Shown: positions 9,666 through 19,423 of the stretch, in pieces
Layout: each line of letters starts with the position of its first letter
Numbering within the stretch: the stretch's first letter is position 1
Assembly: GCA_964554645.1 (NCBI GenBank)
Contig: CAZKPK010000001.1
Coordinates: 3,697 to 67,696, forward strand
Length of the DNA: 64,000 nucleotides
DNA from: an uncultured Candidatus Saccharibacteria bacterium
Lineage (GTDB): Bacteria; Patescibacteriota; Minisyncoccia; Phycocordibacterales; UBA9973
Direction of reading: 5' to 3'
The notes under the pieces: generated by a model
The model's database searches: none
What the model was told of the DNA's origin: nothing
Seen by the model: the letters and a program-made list of their open reading frames with translations, nothing else
Position numbers and translations under genes: made by a program

Positions 9666-10271
9666 ATGGAGCAGAGTTTCCAAACATCATTTATACCTAA
9701 AAAACCGATAGTGAAAGAACGCGCCATTCCGGCGCGACCTATTGGTATTTTTATCATCATTACTATTTTTGTTTTATTCACCGTGCTTTTGGCAACCGTC
9801 GCTCTTTATTTCTATAAAGGGATTTTGGCAAAGAACATTACGCAAATGGAGAATGACTTAAATCTGGCTAAAAATCGTTTTGAACCTTCTAAAATAACGG
9901 AGCTCCAGCTATTAGACAAGCGTCTGCGCGCATCAAGTGAAGTTCTGTCTCATCATATAGCTATCACGCCTGTCTTTCAAGCATTGCAAGCCATTACTAT
10001 GAAAACTGTCCGTTATACTAAGTTCAGTTATGATTTTGGGAATACGAAAGATGCGAAAGATACGAAAGTGATTATCAAATTAAGCGGCCAGGCAGTCGGT
10101 TATCGCTCGGTTGCTCTGCAATCTGATCTTTTTGCTAAAAATAAAAATTTAATTGATCCAGTTTTTTCCAACCTGGCGCTTGATGACAAAGGCAATGTCC
10201 TTTTTGATCTGGAATTTTCGGTCGATCCGTCTTTGGTTGATTATAAGCAAATGCTCTTAACCCAAAGTTAA
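9666..10271 (+). CDS. pilN: type IV pilus assembly protein PilN-like (bitopic membrane protein)
   Basis: single N-terminal TM helix after a short cytoplasmic segment, about 200 aa, operon position after pilM. Confidence 0.6.
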   Translation: MEQSFQTSFIPKKPIVKERAIPARPIGIFIIITIFVLFTVLLATVALYFYKGILAKNITQMENDLNLAKNRFEPSKITELQLLDKRLRASSEVLSHHIAITPVFQALQAITMKTVRYTKFSYDFGNTKDAKDTKVIIKLSGQAVGYRSVALQSDLFAKNKNLIDPVFSNLALDDKGNVLFDLEFSVDPSLVDYKQMLLTQS

Positions 10272-10276
10272 TTTTT

Positions 10277-10897
10277 ATGATGCGATTTATTCTGCCAATT
10301 ATTTTGTTAGGAATCAGCGTGGCTGTTTTTATCATGTTCTCTAATCCTATTTACAATGATATTGGGGGATTGCGCGCGCAGACAGCGTCCTTCAATGAAG
10401 CGCTAAATAATTCCAAAATGCTTGAAAATGAACGAGATAAATTAACTTCCAAATATAATTCTATTGATATAGATAATTTAGCAAAACTCCAAAAGCTTTT
10501 GCCGGAAAATATTGACAATATACGCTTGATTCTTGAGATAGAACAGATAGCCTTGCCTTACGGCATGGCCTTGAAGGATGTAAAATACAATGCGACAGCT
10601 GACAAAGATAAAGCAAGCTCTGCGTCTCCTGTAGCCGGGGTTGCGCAAGGTGGCGAAACGGTCCAATCTTCTTCCAAAGATTATGGAGTTTGGGATTTGG
10701 AGTTTTCCACAACCGGTGCTTACAGCAATTTTCTTAATTTTACAAGAGATCTGGAAAGCAATCTTCGAATTGTCGATATATCATCAATTGCTTTTTCATC
10801 TGATACGAGTAGTGATTCCAGTTCGGCCCCCAAGTCTCCGTCTACCGAATCTTATAAATATAATTTTAAAATTAAGACTTACTGGCTAAAAAATTGA
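10277..10897 (+). CDS. pilO: type IV pilus assembly protein PilO-like
   Basis: N-terminal TM helix, coiled-coil region, operon position. Confidence 0.5.
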   Translation: MMRFILPIILLGISVAVFIMFSNPIYNDIGGLRAQTASFNEALNNSKMLENERDKLTSKYNSIDIDNLAKLQKLLPENIDNIRLILEIEQIALPYGMALKDVKYNATADKDKASSASPVAGVAQGGETVQSSSKDYGVWDLEFSTTGAYSNFLNFTRDLESNLRIVDISSIAFSSDTSSDSSSAPKSPSTESYKYNFKIKTYWLKN

Positions 10898-10973
10898 AAT
10901 AATTTCGCCCGAGCCGGAAAGGCTTTAGGGCTAAAAAATTAAAATTCCAATAGAGCGAACATAAAATAAAAAA

Positions 10974-11399
10974 ATGCCAAAAATAAGAAACATCATAATA
11001 TTTATAGCCATCGGAGCAGCCTTCGTTTTAATTTATGTTTTTTTTATAAAAAATCCTCCCGGTGATGATATAGCTCCCCTGATTTCCTCTTCGCAGACTT
11101 CGGCGATCTCGAATACAAATACAACAACGGGGAACGTAAATGGGATTGCCGCTCAAGATTTTCTAAGTTTGCTCTTGAGTGTTAAAAATATAAAATTAAA
11201 TGACACTATCTTTTCTGATGATGCATTTACCAGTTTGCGTGATTCTAGCATTACACTTACCCCGGATGGAAATGAAGGCAGACCAAATCCATTCGCTCCA
11301 ATCGGCGCTGATATTTTGCCGCCGGCGAATGCCAACACCCCAACGGGACAGACCGGAAGCGGAGGCGCTGGAACCGGAGTTCCCGCCTTGCCTCAATAA
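10974..11399 (+). CDS. hypothetical pilus-cluster membrane protein (Gly/Thr-rich C-terminus)
   Basis: N-terminal TM helix; located between pilO-like gene and pilB. Confidence 0.4.
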   Translation: MPKIRNIIIFIAIGAAFVLIYVFFIKNPPGDDIAPLISSSQTSAISNTNTTTGNVNGIAAQDFLSLLLSVKNIKLNDTIFSDDAFTSLRDSSITLTPDGNEGRPNPFAPIGADILPPANANTPTGQTGSGGAGTGVPALPQ

Positions 11400-11402
11400 A
11401 TT

Positions 11403-13151
11403 ATGAGTTTTTTAGAAGAACTAGCTAAAGAAGAGGTAATTAAAAAAAGCCAAATAGGCGAGATTAAAAACCGCGCGCAAGAGAAATTTGGAGGAGACAT
11501 AGATGAAGCCTTAATTGAATCCGGGATAACGGAGGAAAAAATTCTTGAAGTCAAAGGAAAATATCTGCAAATGCCGGTAAAGAAAGTGGCCAAGGATAAA
11601 TTGACTTTTGATGCTCTAAAATATATCTCGGAAGATTCAGCGACACACTATCATTTTGCTCCGATCGAGTTGCGAGAAGGAGTGCTAGAAGTGGGCGTTA
11701 CAAATCCGGAAAATATGCAAGCGATGAATGCGTTGCAATTTATCTCTGCCAAACTAGGCATTCCGTTCAAAGTGTATTTGATTTCTAAAAGTGATTACGA
11801 AAGCGTCATGGAGACTTATAAAGGCATAGGGAGCCAGGTGGAAGAAGCGCTCAGTGAGTTGGATCAAGAAGAGATAGCTAAAGCTGGAGGTCTGAGTGAA
11901 GAAAATTTAAGTAAAGAAATTAAGAATATAAAGCCGGGTGAAGAAACAAAAATAGTGGAAGATGCGCCAGTCATAAAAATCGTGGCGGTTATATTGCGTA
12001 ATGCCATAGAAGGCAATGCCTCCGATATCCATATTGAATACACTGGAGAAAAAGTGAAAGTGCGTTTTCGCGTGGATGGAAGTTTGCATACCACCATAGT
12101 GTTGCCTCCGAACATTTACGGCGGAATAATAGCACGTATAAAAATTTTGGCCAAGCTTCGACTGGACGAAAAAAGAAAACCTCAAGATGGATCGTTTAGC
12201 GCCAATATTGACGGACGCAAGGTTGATTTTCGCGTTTCTACCATGCCGGCGTATTATGGCGAGAAAGTTGCGATGCGTATTCTAGATTCCGAAAAAGGGG
12301 TCAAGCCTTTGGATCAATTGGGTTTATCAGAAACCAATCTCAAGATGATCCGAGAAGCGCTAAAATTGCCATACGGACTTATTTTAATCACTGGCCCAAC
12401 GGGATCAGGAAAATCTACGACCTTATATTCAATGATGAATGAACTCGATCGGGAAAAAAGCAATATTGTGTCTCTAGAAGATCCAGTGGAATATCATATG
12501 TCTGATATTAACCAATCGCAGATGATGCCGGAGATCGGATATACTTTCGCTTCCGGACTTCGTTCTATTCTCCGCCAGGACCCGGATATAATAATGGTTG
12601 GAGAAATTCGCGACAAAGAAACAGCCCAGCTGGCTATTCAAGCGGCTTTAACCGGGCACCTGGTTCTTTCTACGCTTCACACGAACAATGCTATTGGGGC
12701 AGTGCCTCGCCTGGTTGATATGGGGGTTGATCCGTATTTGATTGCGCCCACTCTTATTCTTTCCATTGCTCAACGTCTGGCCAGACTGACTTGCCCAAGT
12801 TCTCGAAAACTTATTCCGATGGACGAAAGCATTAAAATGCAGATCGAAGAGCAATTAAAAGATTTACCGAATGAATTTAAAAAAGAAATTGGAGTAAAGG
12901 GACAGATGTATGACACGGTTCCCTCGAACGAATGTCCTTCTGGCACCAGAGGGCGGATTGCTATTTTTGAAATGTTTAAAATAGACAAAGAAATGCAGAA
13001 TGTGATATTGAAAAGCCCGACGAATGGAGAAATCTACAGAGTCGCCCGCAAAAAAGGAATGCTAATGATGAAAGAAGATGCCATGCTTAAGTCCGTCAAA
13101 GGCATTATTCCTTTTACGGAAGTTTATAACTTTAGCAATGAGAATGAATAG
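11403..13151 (+). CDS. pilB: type IV pilus assembly ATPase PilB (GspE family)
   Basis: Walker A GPTGSGKST; Asp and His boxes; C-terminal Cys tetrad (CPSS...CPSG); N1/N2 domains. Confidence 0.92.
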   Translation: MSFLEELAKEEVIKKSQIGEIKNRAQEKFGGDIDEALIESGITEEKILEVKGKYLQMPVKKVAKDKLTFDALKYISEDSATHYHFAPIELREGVLEVGVTNPENMQAMNALQFISAKLGIPFKVYLISKSDYESVMETYKGIGSQVEEALSELDQEEIAKAGGLSEENLSKEIKNIKPGEETKIVEDAPVIKIVAVILRNAIEGNASDIHIEYTGEKVKVRFRVDGSLHTTIVLPPNIYGGIIARIKILAKLRLDEKRKPQDGSFSANIDGRKVDFRVSTMPAYYGEKVAMRILDSEKGVKPLDQLGLSETNLKMIREALKLPYGLILITGPTGSGKSTTLYSMMNELDREKSNIVSLEDPVEYHMSDINQSQMMPEIGYTFASGLRSILRQDPDIIMVGEIRDKETAQLAIQAALTGHLVLSTLHTNNAIGAVPRLVDMGVDPYLIAPTLILSIAQRLARLTCPSSRKLIPMDESIKMQIEEQLKDLPNEFKKEIGVKGQMYDTVPSNECPSGTRGRIAIFEMFKIDKEMQNVILKSPTNGEIYRVARKKGMLMMKEDAMLKSVKGIIPFTEVYNFSNENE

Positions 13152-13227
13152 ACGGAGTTGTTCACCAAGTGTTATTTGAAAGTAATTTGTAGTATAATTG
13201 ATTATTAGTTAATAGAGGTAAAAATAT

Positions 13228-13620
13228 ATGGAAAAAGAAAAAAGAAAAATTTTTATAGTTGATGACGATAGTTTTCTTCTAGATATGTATGCGCTTAAAT
13301 TTAGCCAAAATAATTTTGAAGTTTATACAGCAGTGAGCGGTGCGCAAGTAATAGAAAAGCTTCAGGGCGGACTCCGTCCGGATGTTATGCTGATAGATAT
13401 AATTATGCCGGAGATGGACGGTTTTGAGATGTTGGAAAAAATAAATGCCGACAAATTATCTCCGAATTCTGTCAAAATTATTTTGTCCAACAAAAGCCAA
13501 CAATCGGATATTGATCGAGGCAATAATTTGGGAGTAGCGGGCTATATTATAAAGGCTAATTCTACCCCAGTAGAAGTGATTAGTCAGATAACAAGCATTT
13601 TAGAGAAAAAAGCCAAGTAA
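13228..13620 (+). CDS. stand-alone response-regulator receiver (CheY/PilH-like REC domain)
   Basis: DDD acidic pocket, phospho-acceptor Asp in LIDIIMP, conserved Lys near C-terminus. Confidence 0.75.
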   Translation: MEKEKRKIFIVDDDSFLLDMYALKFSQNNFEVYTAVSGAQVIEKLQGGLRPDVMLIDIIMPEMDGFEMLEKINADKLSPNSVKIILSNKSQQSDIDRGNNLGVAGYIIKANSTPVEVISQITSILEKKAK

Positions 13621-13625
13621 GCCAT

Positions 13626-14684
13626 ATGGATTATAAGAAAAAACTTGAAGAACTTATTTTGACCGTTATTCGCGAAAACGGATCGGACTTGCATTTAGGC
13701 ACTGGAAGAGTGCCAGTTATTCGCGTGTCGGGAGAATTGATATTTCTTGCCAAGCAACCAGTTTTTACAAAAGAAGATATGATTGGAATTTTGAGTGAAG
13801 TGTTGGAGAAAGCGAAAGTCCAGAAATTTATGGAAAGTCAGGAAGCCGATTTCTCTTATGATTTCCGCGGGGAAGCGCGGTTGCGCGGCAATGCTTTTTT
13901 TCAGAAAGGTCTAATCTGCGTGGTTTTTCGATTGGTGCCGAAAGTAAAGACTATCGCCGAATTGCATTTACCTGCCATTGTTGCAGATCTTGCCCGTAAA
14001 AAGCAAGGTTTTTTTCTAGTAGTTGGTCCCGTTGGGCAGGGCAAGTCGACCACTCTGGCCGCGATGGTGGATCTAATCAACAATGAAAAGGCGCGCAATA
14101 TCATAACAATTGAAGACCCGATTGAACATGTCTATGTGCCCAATAAATCCATCATCAGCCAGCGCGAAGTCGGTATTGACACCGCCGACTTTCATCTGGC
14201 GCTTAAATCGGCTTTCCGAGAGGATGTAAATGTAATAATGATAGGCGAAATGCGCACGCCAGAAACGATAGCGACTGCCGTAACTGCCGCCGAAACCGGA
14301 CACCTGGTGCTTTCCACTTTGCACACCAATAACGCTTCTCAGACCATAGACAGGATTATCGACTCTTTTCCGGGCAGTCAACAAGATCAAATTCGCTCCC
14401 AGCTTGCCGCCTCGCTGCTGGGTATTTTTTCTCAAAGGCTGATCCCTCGAATTACCGGCGGACTTATTCCCGCCTTTGAGCTTCTTTTAAATAATAGCGC
14501 CGTGTCAAATTTAATTCGGGAGAAACGCACGCATGAAATAGACGTGGTCATAGAAACAGGGATGGAATCCGGCATGATTGACTTGAACCATTCCTTGATG
14601 GAGCTGGTGCGCGCCGGAGAAATTACGATTGAGAACGCTTACCAGTATTCTCTCAATCCTAAGGGTTTGGAACGGATGATTTAA
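13626..14684 (+). CDS. pilT: twitching-motility retraction ATPase PilT
   Basis: Walker A GPVGQGKST, PilT-specific motifs, about 350 aa. Confidence 0.9.
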   Translation: MDYKKKLEELILTVIRENGSDLHLGTGRVPVIRVSGELIFLAKQPVFTKEDMIGILSEVLEKAKVQKFMESQEADFSYDFRGEARLRGNAFFQKGLICVVFRLVPKVKTIAELHLPAIVADLARKKQGFFLVVGPVGQGKSTTLAAMVDLINNEKARNIITIEDPIEHVYVPNKSIISQREVGIDTADFHLALKSAFREDVNVIMIGEMRTPETIATAVTAAETGHLVLSTLHTNNASQTIDRIIDSFPGSQQDQIRSQLAASLLGIFSQRLIPRITGGLIPAFELLLNNSAVSNLIREKRTHEIDVVIETGMESGMIDLNHSLMELVRAGEITIENAYQYSLNPKGLERMI

Positions 14685-14687
14685 AAA

Positions 14688-14735
14688 GACCACAGGTCAG
14701 ACCTGTGGGATTCCCATAGGTCTGACCTATGGAAC
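14688..14735. repeat. Family-B REP doublet (CCACAGGTCAGACCTGTGG plus CCCATAGGTCTGACCTATGG)
   Basis: two adjacent imperfect-copy palindromes between pilT stop and pilC start; second unit matches the REPs flanking the RAYT gene at about 34.1-34.8 kb. Confidence 0.8.
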
Positions 14736-14744
14736 AATAAAGAT

Positions 14745-15953
14745 ATGTTATTCAAATACAAAGCGGTAGATCCTGAGGGTTTAAATAAAGAAGGAGAGAT
14801 TGACGCAACCAATCGCGATCTGGCGATAAGCGGTTTGCAGAGAAGAGGGTTGGTGATTATTTCCATCCAAGATGAAACAGAGCGCAAGTCTATTTTTTCA
14901 GTTTCTTTTTTTGAAAAAGTTTCCAATAAAGATGTAGTTATTCTTTCCCGCCAGATCGCGACTTTATTTGAAGCGCAAGTTTCGGCGCTGAAAGCCTTTA
15001 CGATGCTGGCGGCCAACGCGGAAAATAAGCTTCTGGGCCGCAAGCTGACCGTTATTGGCGATGATCTTCAAGCGGGGGTTTCCATTTCCGGCGCATTGGC
15101 GAAGCATCCGGATGTATTTTCCAGTTTTTATGTGAATATGGTCAAAGTGGGCGAGGAAACCGGAAAACTTGATCAGACCTTTCTATACTTGGCGGAGTAT
15201 TTAGATCGCCAATATTCCCTTACTTCCAAGACCAGAAATGCGCTTATTTATCCGGTTTTTGTGATTATTACGTTTTTTGTGGTTATGACTCTGATGTTTG
15301 TTGTGGTGATTCCAAAACTCTCTTCAATTATCCTGGATTCAGGGCAAGCAATACCGGTTTATACAAAAATAGTCATCGCAATTTCCAATCTTTTTGTTCA
15401 CTATGGTTTCTTTGTTTTGATTTTTTTGGTCTTGCTGGGCATCTGGGTTTGGAGATTATCTTCTACGGAAAAAGGGAAAGCGTATCTTGATTCATTAAAA
15501 CTCTCTACGCCGGCTGTAGGTAATTTATACAGGAAGCTTTTTCTTTCCAGAATGACGGACAGTTTAAATACCATGATTTCTTCCGGTATTCCAATAGTTC
15601 GGGCGATAGATATTACGGCCGAAGTTGTCGGCAGTCGCGTCTACAGAGGACTTCTAGGAGAGGTAGCGGATGAAGTAAAATCCGGTCTGGCGCTCTCTGT
15701 GGCGCTGGCCAGACATAAAGAAGAAATACCCAGTATTTTGGTGCAGATGGTGCAGGTGGGGGAGGAAACTGGTTCATTGGGGGCTATTTTAAAAACCTTG
15801 ACCAATTTCTATAAGCGCGAAGTGGATGATGCGATTGATACGTTAGTGGGCCTGATAGAACCGGTAATGATCGTGGTTTTGGGTCTCGGAGTGGGCATAC
15901 TCCTAGTTTCCGTATTAGGGCCAATTTACAATATGGCTGGAGGAATCAGTTAG
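14745..15953 (+). CDS. pilC: type IV pilus inner-membrane platform protein PilC (GspF family)
   Basis: two T2SS-F domains, 3 TM segments, about 400 aa. Confidence 0.9.
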   Translation: MLFKYKAVDPEGLNKEGEIDATNRDLAISGLQRRGLVIISIQDETERKSIFSVSFFEKVSNKDVVILSRQIATLFEAQVSALKAFTMLAANAENKLLGRKLTVIGDDLQAGVSISGALAKHPDVFSSFYVNMVKVGEETGKLDQTFLYLAEYLDRQYSLTSKTRNALIYPVFVIITFFVVMTLMFVVVIPKLSSIILDSGQAIPVYTKIVIAISNLFVHYGFFVLIFLVLLGIWVWRLSSTEKGKAYLDSLKLSTPAVGNLYRKLFLSRMTDSLNTMISSGIPIVRAIDITAEVVGSRVYRGLLGEVADEVKSGLALSVALARHKEEIPSILVQMVQVGEETGSLGAILKTLTNFYKREVDDAIDTLVGLIEPVMIVVLGLGVGILLVSVLGPIYNMAGGIS

Positions 15954-15960
15954 GATTGAT

Positions 15961-16077
15961 TCTCCTCTTGAGGAGTACTCCGACTCAGGTCGGAGGGAGG
16001 TGGATGAGTTTTTCCACCCCGTCCTTTGATTACAAAGTCCACCCCTCAAGAGGGGAATCGCTACCCCTGTGGATAAC
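15961..16077. repeat. Family-A composite repeat (degenerate inverted unit plus forward unit identical to A1)
   Basis: TCTCCTCTTGAGGAGTACTCCGACTCAGGTCGGAGGGAGGTGGAT followed by TTCCACCCCGTCCTTTGATTACAAAGTCCACCCCTCAAGAGGGGAATCG. Confidence 0.85.
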
Positions 16078-16241
16078 TTTCTTGCATGTTTTTTTGCCTC
16101 TATATGATATAATTACTCCATTAGAAAAATATTTCAGCCATAGGCTGATCCGCCTTAGGCGGAAAAAATAAGTCGAAAATATATTATTATTAGTTAATTA
16201 TTATTGACTTGCCCCGCTGGGGCGGGGTAGATAAATAAATT

Positions 16242-16706
16242 ATGAAGAATTTTAAAAAAGGTTTTACATTAATTGAACTCTTGGTCGTAGTAGCCATCAT
16301 CGGCATTTTGGCGTCGGTTGTCTTGGCGTCGTTGAATACAGCAAGGACAAAAGGTAAGGACGGAGCTGCACAAACATCCATAGCTAGTGTTAAAGCTCAA
16401 GCTGAAATTTTCTTTACTACTAATTATGGGACTGCGGGTACTATAACTGACGCATCTTCAGCTGGAACTACAAGTGCTTGTGATCAGGCCCAAGTTATAA
16501 ATATTCTTAAGTCTGTAAAAGGAAATACTGGTAGTACCGCAACTTGTGCAGTTGGTCTAGATGGTGCAACATGGGTAGCATGGAGTCAACTAGCTTCACA
16601 GACCTCACCAGCAAACTTCTGTGCGGATAGTACAGGTTTTAGTGGTTCTCGTACAGTTGCTCCTACGTCAGCAGTTACTGCTGCTGTGAGTTGTGCATCT
16701 AGTTAG
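16242..16706 (+). CDS. type IV major pilin (prepilin with class-III signal peptide)
   Basis: KGFTLIELLVVVAIIGILA N-terminal processing/methylation motif; Thr/Ser/Ala-rich globular part; strong terminator follows. Confidence 0.85.
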   Translation: MKNFKKGFTLIELLVVVAIIGILASVVLASLNTARTKGKDGAAQTSIASVKAQAEIFFTTNYGTAGTITDASSAGTTSACDQAQVINILKSVKGNTGSTATCAVGLDGATWVAWSQLASQTSPANFCADSTGFSGSRTVAPTSAVTAAVSCASS

Positions 16707-16747
16707 TAGTGCAAGTGCAAGCAAGGATAATCCTTGATATTTAGAAA

Positions 16748-16773
16748 AACCACCCCAAAAGGGTGGTTTTTTG
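16748..16773 (+). terminator. rho-independent terminator after pilin gene
   Basis: AACCACCC-CAAAA-GGGTGGTT stem-loop followed by T6. Confidence 0.7.
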
Positions 16774-16877
16774 TTTGCGTGTTATATTTGGGTTATGGTA
16801 TGATTAAGAGTAAGAATCAAATATGTTTAACTCGCTTACTAGAAAATATTAATAATTAATTTGTGGATACAAATTTT

Positions 16878-16967
16878 ATGATAAATGCATATATATTAGG
16901 AGCTTTAGTACTTATAGCCCTTATTCTTTTGGTTATTCTTGCAAAGAAAAACAATCAAGAAAAGTAG
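16878..16967 (+). CDS. candidate 29-aa hydrophobic small peptide (MINAYILGALVLIALILLVILAKKNNQEK)
   Basis: ATG-initiated ORF, single predicted TM helix with charged C-tail, bracketed by two near-identical terminators. Confidence 0.3.
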   Translation: MINAYILGALVLIALILLVILAKKNNQEK

Positions 16968-17021
16968 TTTGTTCTAGCTACGGACTAGCTACGGACGTTG
17001 GACGTCCGACGAAGATCAGAA

Positions 17022-17047
17022 AGACCACTCCCAAAAGGTGGTTTTTT
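17022..17047 (+). terminator. rho-independent terminator (near-duplicate of the one at 16748)
   Basis: ACCACTCCCAAAAGGTGG hairpin followed by T7. Confidence 0.5.
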
Positions 17048-17059
17048 TGTTTTCTTTGC

Positions 17060-17470
17060 TTGTGGTATAATCAAAAAATGAATATAAATGAGTTGCAATC
17101 AAAAATGATACCTTTGGCGGAAAAATACAATTTAAAATTAGTTGTTCTTTTTGGTTCGCAGGCTAGTGGACGGACACACAAAAGAAGCGACATAGATATA
17201 GCTGTTATTGGAAAAGTTGCTTTTGATATGACCAGACTCACAATTGATTTTTACAATCTTTTTAATAGAGAAGATGTAGAAATCGTTGATATCAGTAGCG
17301 CTTCGCCCACGACGATGTATGTAGTTGTCCGAGACGGAAAATTGTTATATGAAAGCGAATCCGGGGCTTTTTTGAAATGGAAACTTTATGCAATGTGGGT
17401 TTGGCGAGATACTGCATGGCTAAGAAGATTGCGCGATAAAAAATTGGTAGAGTGGGCCAAAACGGCATAA
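17060..17470 (+). CDS. MNT-type nucleotidyltransferase antitoxin
   Basis: GS-x9-SDIDI nucleotidyltransferase motif (GSQASGRTHKRSDIDIAV), about 135 aa, immediately upstream of HepT-like gene. Confidence 0.75.
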   Translation: MWYNQKMNINELQSKMIPLAEKYNLKLVVLFGSQASGRTHKRSDIDIAVIGKVAFDMTRLTIDFYNLFNREDVEIVDISSASPTTMYVVVRDGKLLYESESGAFLKWKLYAMWVWRDTAWLRRLRDKKLVEWAKTA

Positions 17471-17483
17471 TTCAATAATTCAT

Positions 17484-17912
17484 ATGATACAAAAAGACAC
17501 CATAAAAAAAATAGCTGTTATTCAAGATTATTTGAATGCTCTAGCTCTTTACTTGAAAATTCCTACGGAGGAATTATTGGAAAACAATGAAAAGCGAGCT
17601 GCCATGGAACGTTATTTTATTCTCATGGCAGATGAGGCTTTTGACATCAATAGTGCTTTGGCTTATCAACTCGGTAACAGGATTCCCGAATCAAATAAGT
17701 CAACGTTTTATGAAATAGCGAATTTGGATATAATCAGCAGAGAATTTGCGGATGAGATTTCATTATCCGCGAAGACGAGAAATAATCTCGTTCACGACTA
17801 TGAGAAGGTTCAAGAAAGCGTTCTCATTGAAGAAATGAAGAAATATGCGGAGTTATATAAAAAATATGTAAAGATTCTGATTGAAAAATTTGTGGCAGAT
17901 ATAGGGAAGTAG
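17484..17912 (+). CDS. HepT-like (DUF86) toxin of HepT/MNT type II toxin-antitoxin pair
   Basis: R-x4-H-x-Y catalytic motif (RNNLVHDY), about 140 aa. Confidence 0.75.
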   Translation: MIQKDTIKKIAVIQDYLNALALYLKIPTEELLENNEKRAAMERYFILMADEAFDINSALAYQLGNRIPESNKSTFYEIANLDIISREFADEISLSAKTRNNLVHDYEKVQESVLIEEMKKYAELYKKYVKILIEKFVADIGK

Positions 17913-17955
17913 TCTGATTTTGGTATTTTGTGGTTTAAAGTGATACAATATAACT

Positions 17956-18783
17956 ATGCTTTTTTTGCTTTTGGTTATTTTTTTCATCCTCGGTCTCATC
18001 ATCGGCAGCTTTTTGAATGTGATAATTTATCGGCTGAATACAGCCAGATCGTTCGGAGGCAGGAGCGCTTGTATGTCTTGTCAGAACAGGCTTTGCTGGT
18101 ATGAACTTATCCCACTCTTTAGTTTTTTGGGTCTTGGGGGGAGATGCCGAAGCTGTAAAACTAAAATTTCTATCCAATATCCGTTGGTGGAACTTGCGAC
18201 TGGCTTGATTTTCGCCTTGTTATTTTTTAAACTGCAAGATGTTTTTTATACTAATTCTCTGGTTTTTTTCATCACTTATGATTACTTTGCTTTATTGTTT
18301 TCACTTCTTCTAGTCATTGCCACTTATGATCTCAAACATAAAATAATTCCGGATATTTTGTCTTTTGCTTTTGGCGCGCTTGCTTTTATTGGCCTATTTT
18401 TCTTCTCCGCCCAAGGCGGATCCGCCTTTGGCGGAAATAATATTTTTTACCCCCATTTTCCCACAGTTTTAGAATTTTTGTCGGGTGGATTAATAGCGTT
18501 ACCTTTTGCTTTTTTTTGGCTTGTATCTTCCGGTCGGTGGATGGGGTTAGGGGATGCCAAGCTTGCGCTCGGCATTGGGTGGTTTTTAGGCATATCTTCT
18601 GCGCTCTCGGCTTTAGTGGTTGCTTTCTGGTCTGGAGCCATCGTCGGAATAATTCTCGTTATTTTTTCCAGAAATAGAAAAATTGGCAGGCTGGGGATGA
18701 AAAGCGAAATTCCTTTTGCCCCTTTCCTAGTTTTTGGCGCGTTTCTAGCTTTTATTTTTGGATTGAATCTTTTTGGAATTTAA
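17956..18783 (+). CDS. pilD: prepilin peptidase / N-methyltransferase PilD (A24 family)
   Basis: polytopic membrane protein with cytoplasmic CxxC...CxxC tetrad (CMSCQ...CRSCK) and conserved Asp residues. Confidence 0.9.
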   Translation: MLFLLLVIFFILGLIIGSFLNVIIYRLNTARSFGGRSACMSCQNRLCWYELIPLFSFLGLGGRCRSCKTKISIQYPLVELATGLIFALLFFKLQDVFYTNSLVFFITYDYFALLFSLLLVIATYDLKHKIIPDILSFAFGALAFIGLFFFSAQGGSAFGGNNIFYPHFPTVLEFLSGGLIALPFAFFWLVSSGRWMGLGDAKLALGIGWFLGISSALSALVVAFWSGAIVGIILVIFSRNRKIGRLGMKSEIPFAPFLVFGAFLAFIFGLNLFGI

Positions 18784-18792
18784 AAGAATTTT

Positions 18793-19383
18793 ATGTTTAA
18801 GTTGAGTAAAAAAATAAAAAATAACAAAGGAATGACTTATATAGAACTTATTGTTGTTCTCTCTATTTTTGCCATTATGTCTTCCATTATTCTTTATAAT
18901 TATGGAGAATTTCAGGCAAAAGTGGATATCAAAAATTTAGCCAGCGATATCGCTTTGAAAATTGTTGAGGCGCAGAAGTCAGCGCTTTCTGGAAAATGGA
19001 CTTCTGGCGCGGTGGATGGTTGGAAACCATCTTATGGTATATATTTTAATACTTCCAGTGCTGATGAAAAAAAGAAGTTTACTTATTTTGCAGATTTTAA
19101 TAACGATAAAATATATAACGATACTCCGCTAGATACAATAAGTATTACAAAAGGCAATTATATAGAAAAAATAGAAAGTTGCGCAGGTTCTCCCACTATT
19201 TGCGCTTTGGTCACAAACTCCTTTTTGTCAATCATTTTTACAAGACCAAATTCTGGCGCAGTTTTTAGTTCCTTGAGTGGCATACTAACTGGTTTTGATT
19301 ATATTCAAATCACTATTTCCTCACCCCAAGGTAAAACAGCCTTAATAAAAATCTATCCTTCGGGGAGGATACAAGTAAATTAG
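18793..19383 (+). CDS. minor pilin / pseudopilin with class-III signal
   Basis: KGMTYIELIVVLSIFAIM N-terminus. Confidence 0.75.
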   Translation: MFKLSKKIKNNKGMTYIELIVVLSIFAIMSSIILYNYGEFQAKVDIKNLASDIALKIVEAQKSALSGKWTSGAVDGWKPSYGIYFNTSSADEKKKFTYFADFNNDKIYNDTPLDTISITKGNYIEKIESCAGSPTICALVTNSFLSIIFTRPNSGAVFSSLSGILTGFDYIQITISSPQGKTALIKIYPSGRIQVN

Positions 19384-19414
19384 GTTTTAGGTTCTAGCTA
19401 CTAGGTTCTAGTAA
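19381..19414. repeat. CTAG-rich direct-repeat motif (TAGGTTCTAG x2) immediately after stop codon
   Basis: taggttttaggttctagctactaggttctag; related copies at 37583-37628, 45747-45771 and 16970-17011. Confidence 0.6.
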
Positions 19415-19423
19415 TACAAAAAA

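Noticed and set aside
15956-16171. ORF 15956..16171 (+), 71 aa
   Set aside because: It is entirely a translation of the Family-A repeat (..LLLRSTPTQVGG..STPSFDYKVHPSRGE..) plus intergenic sequence, with no independent coding signal.
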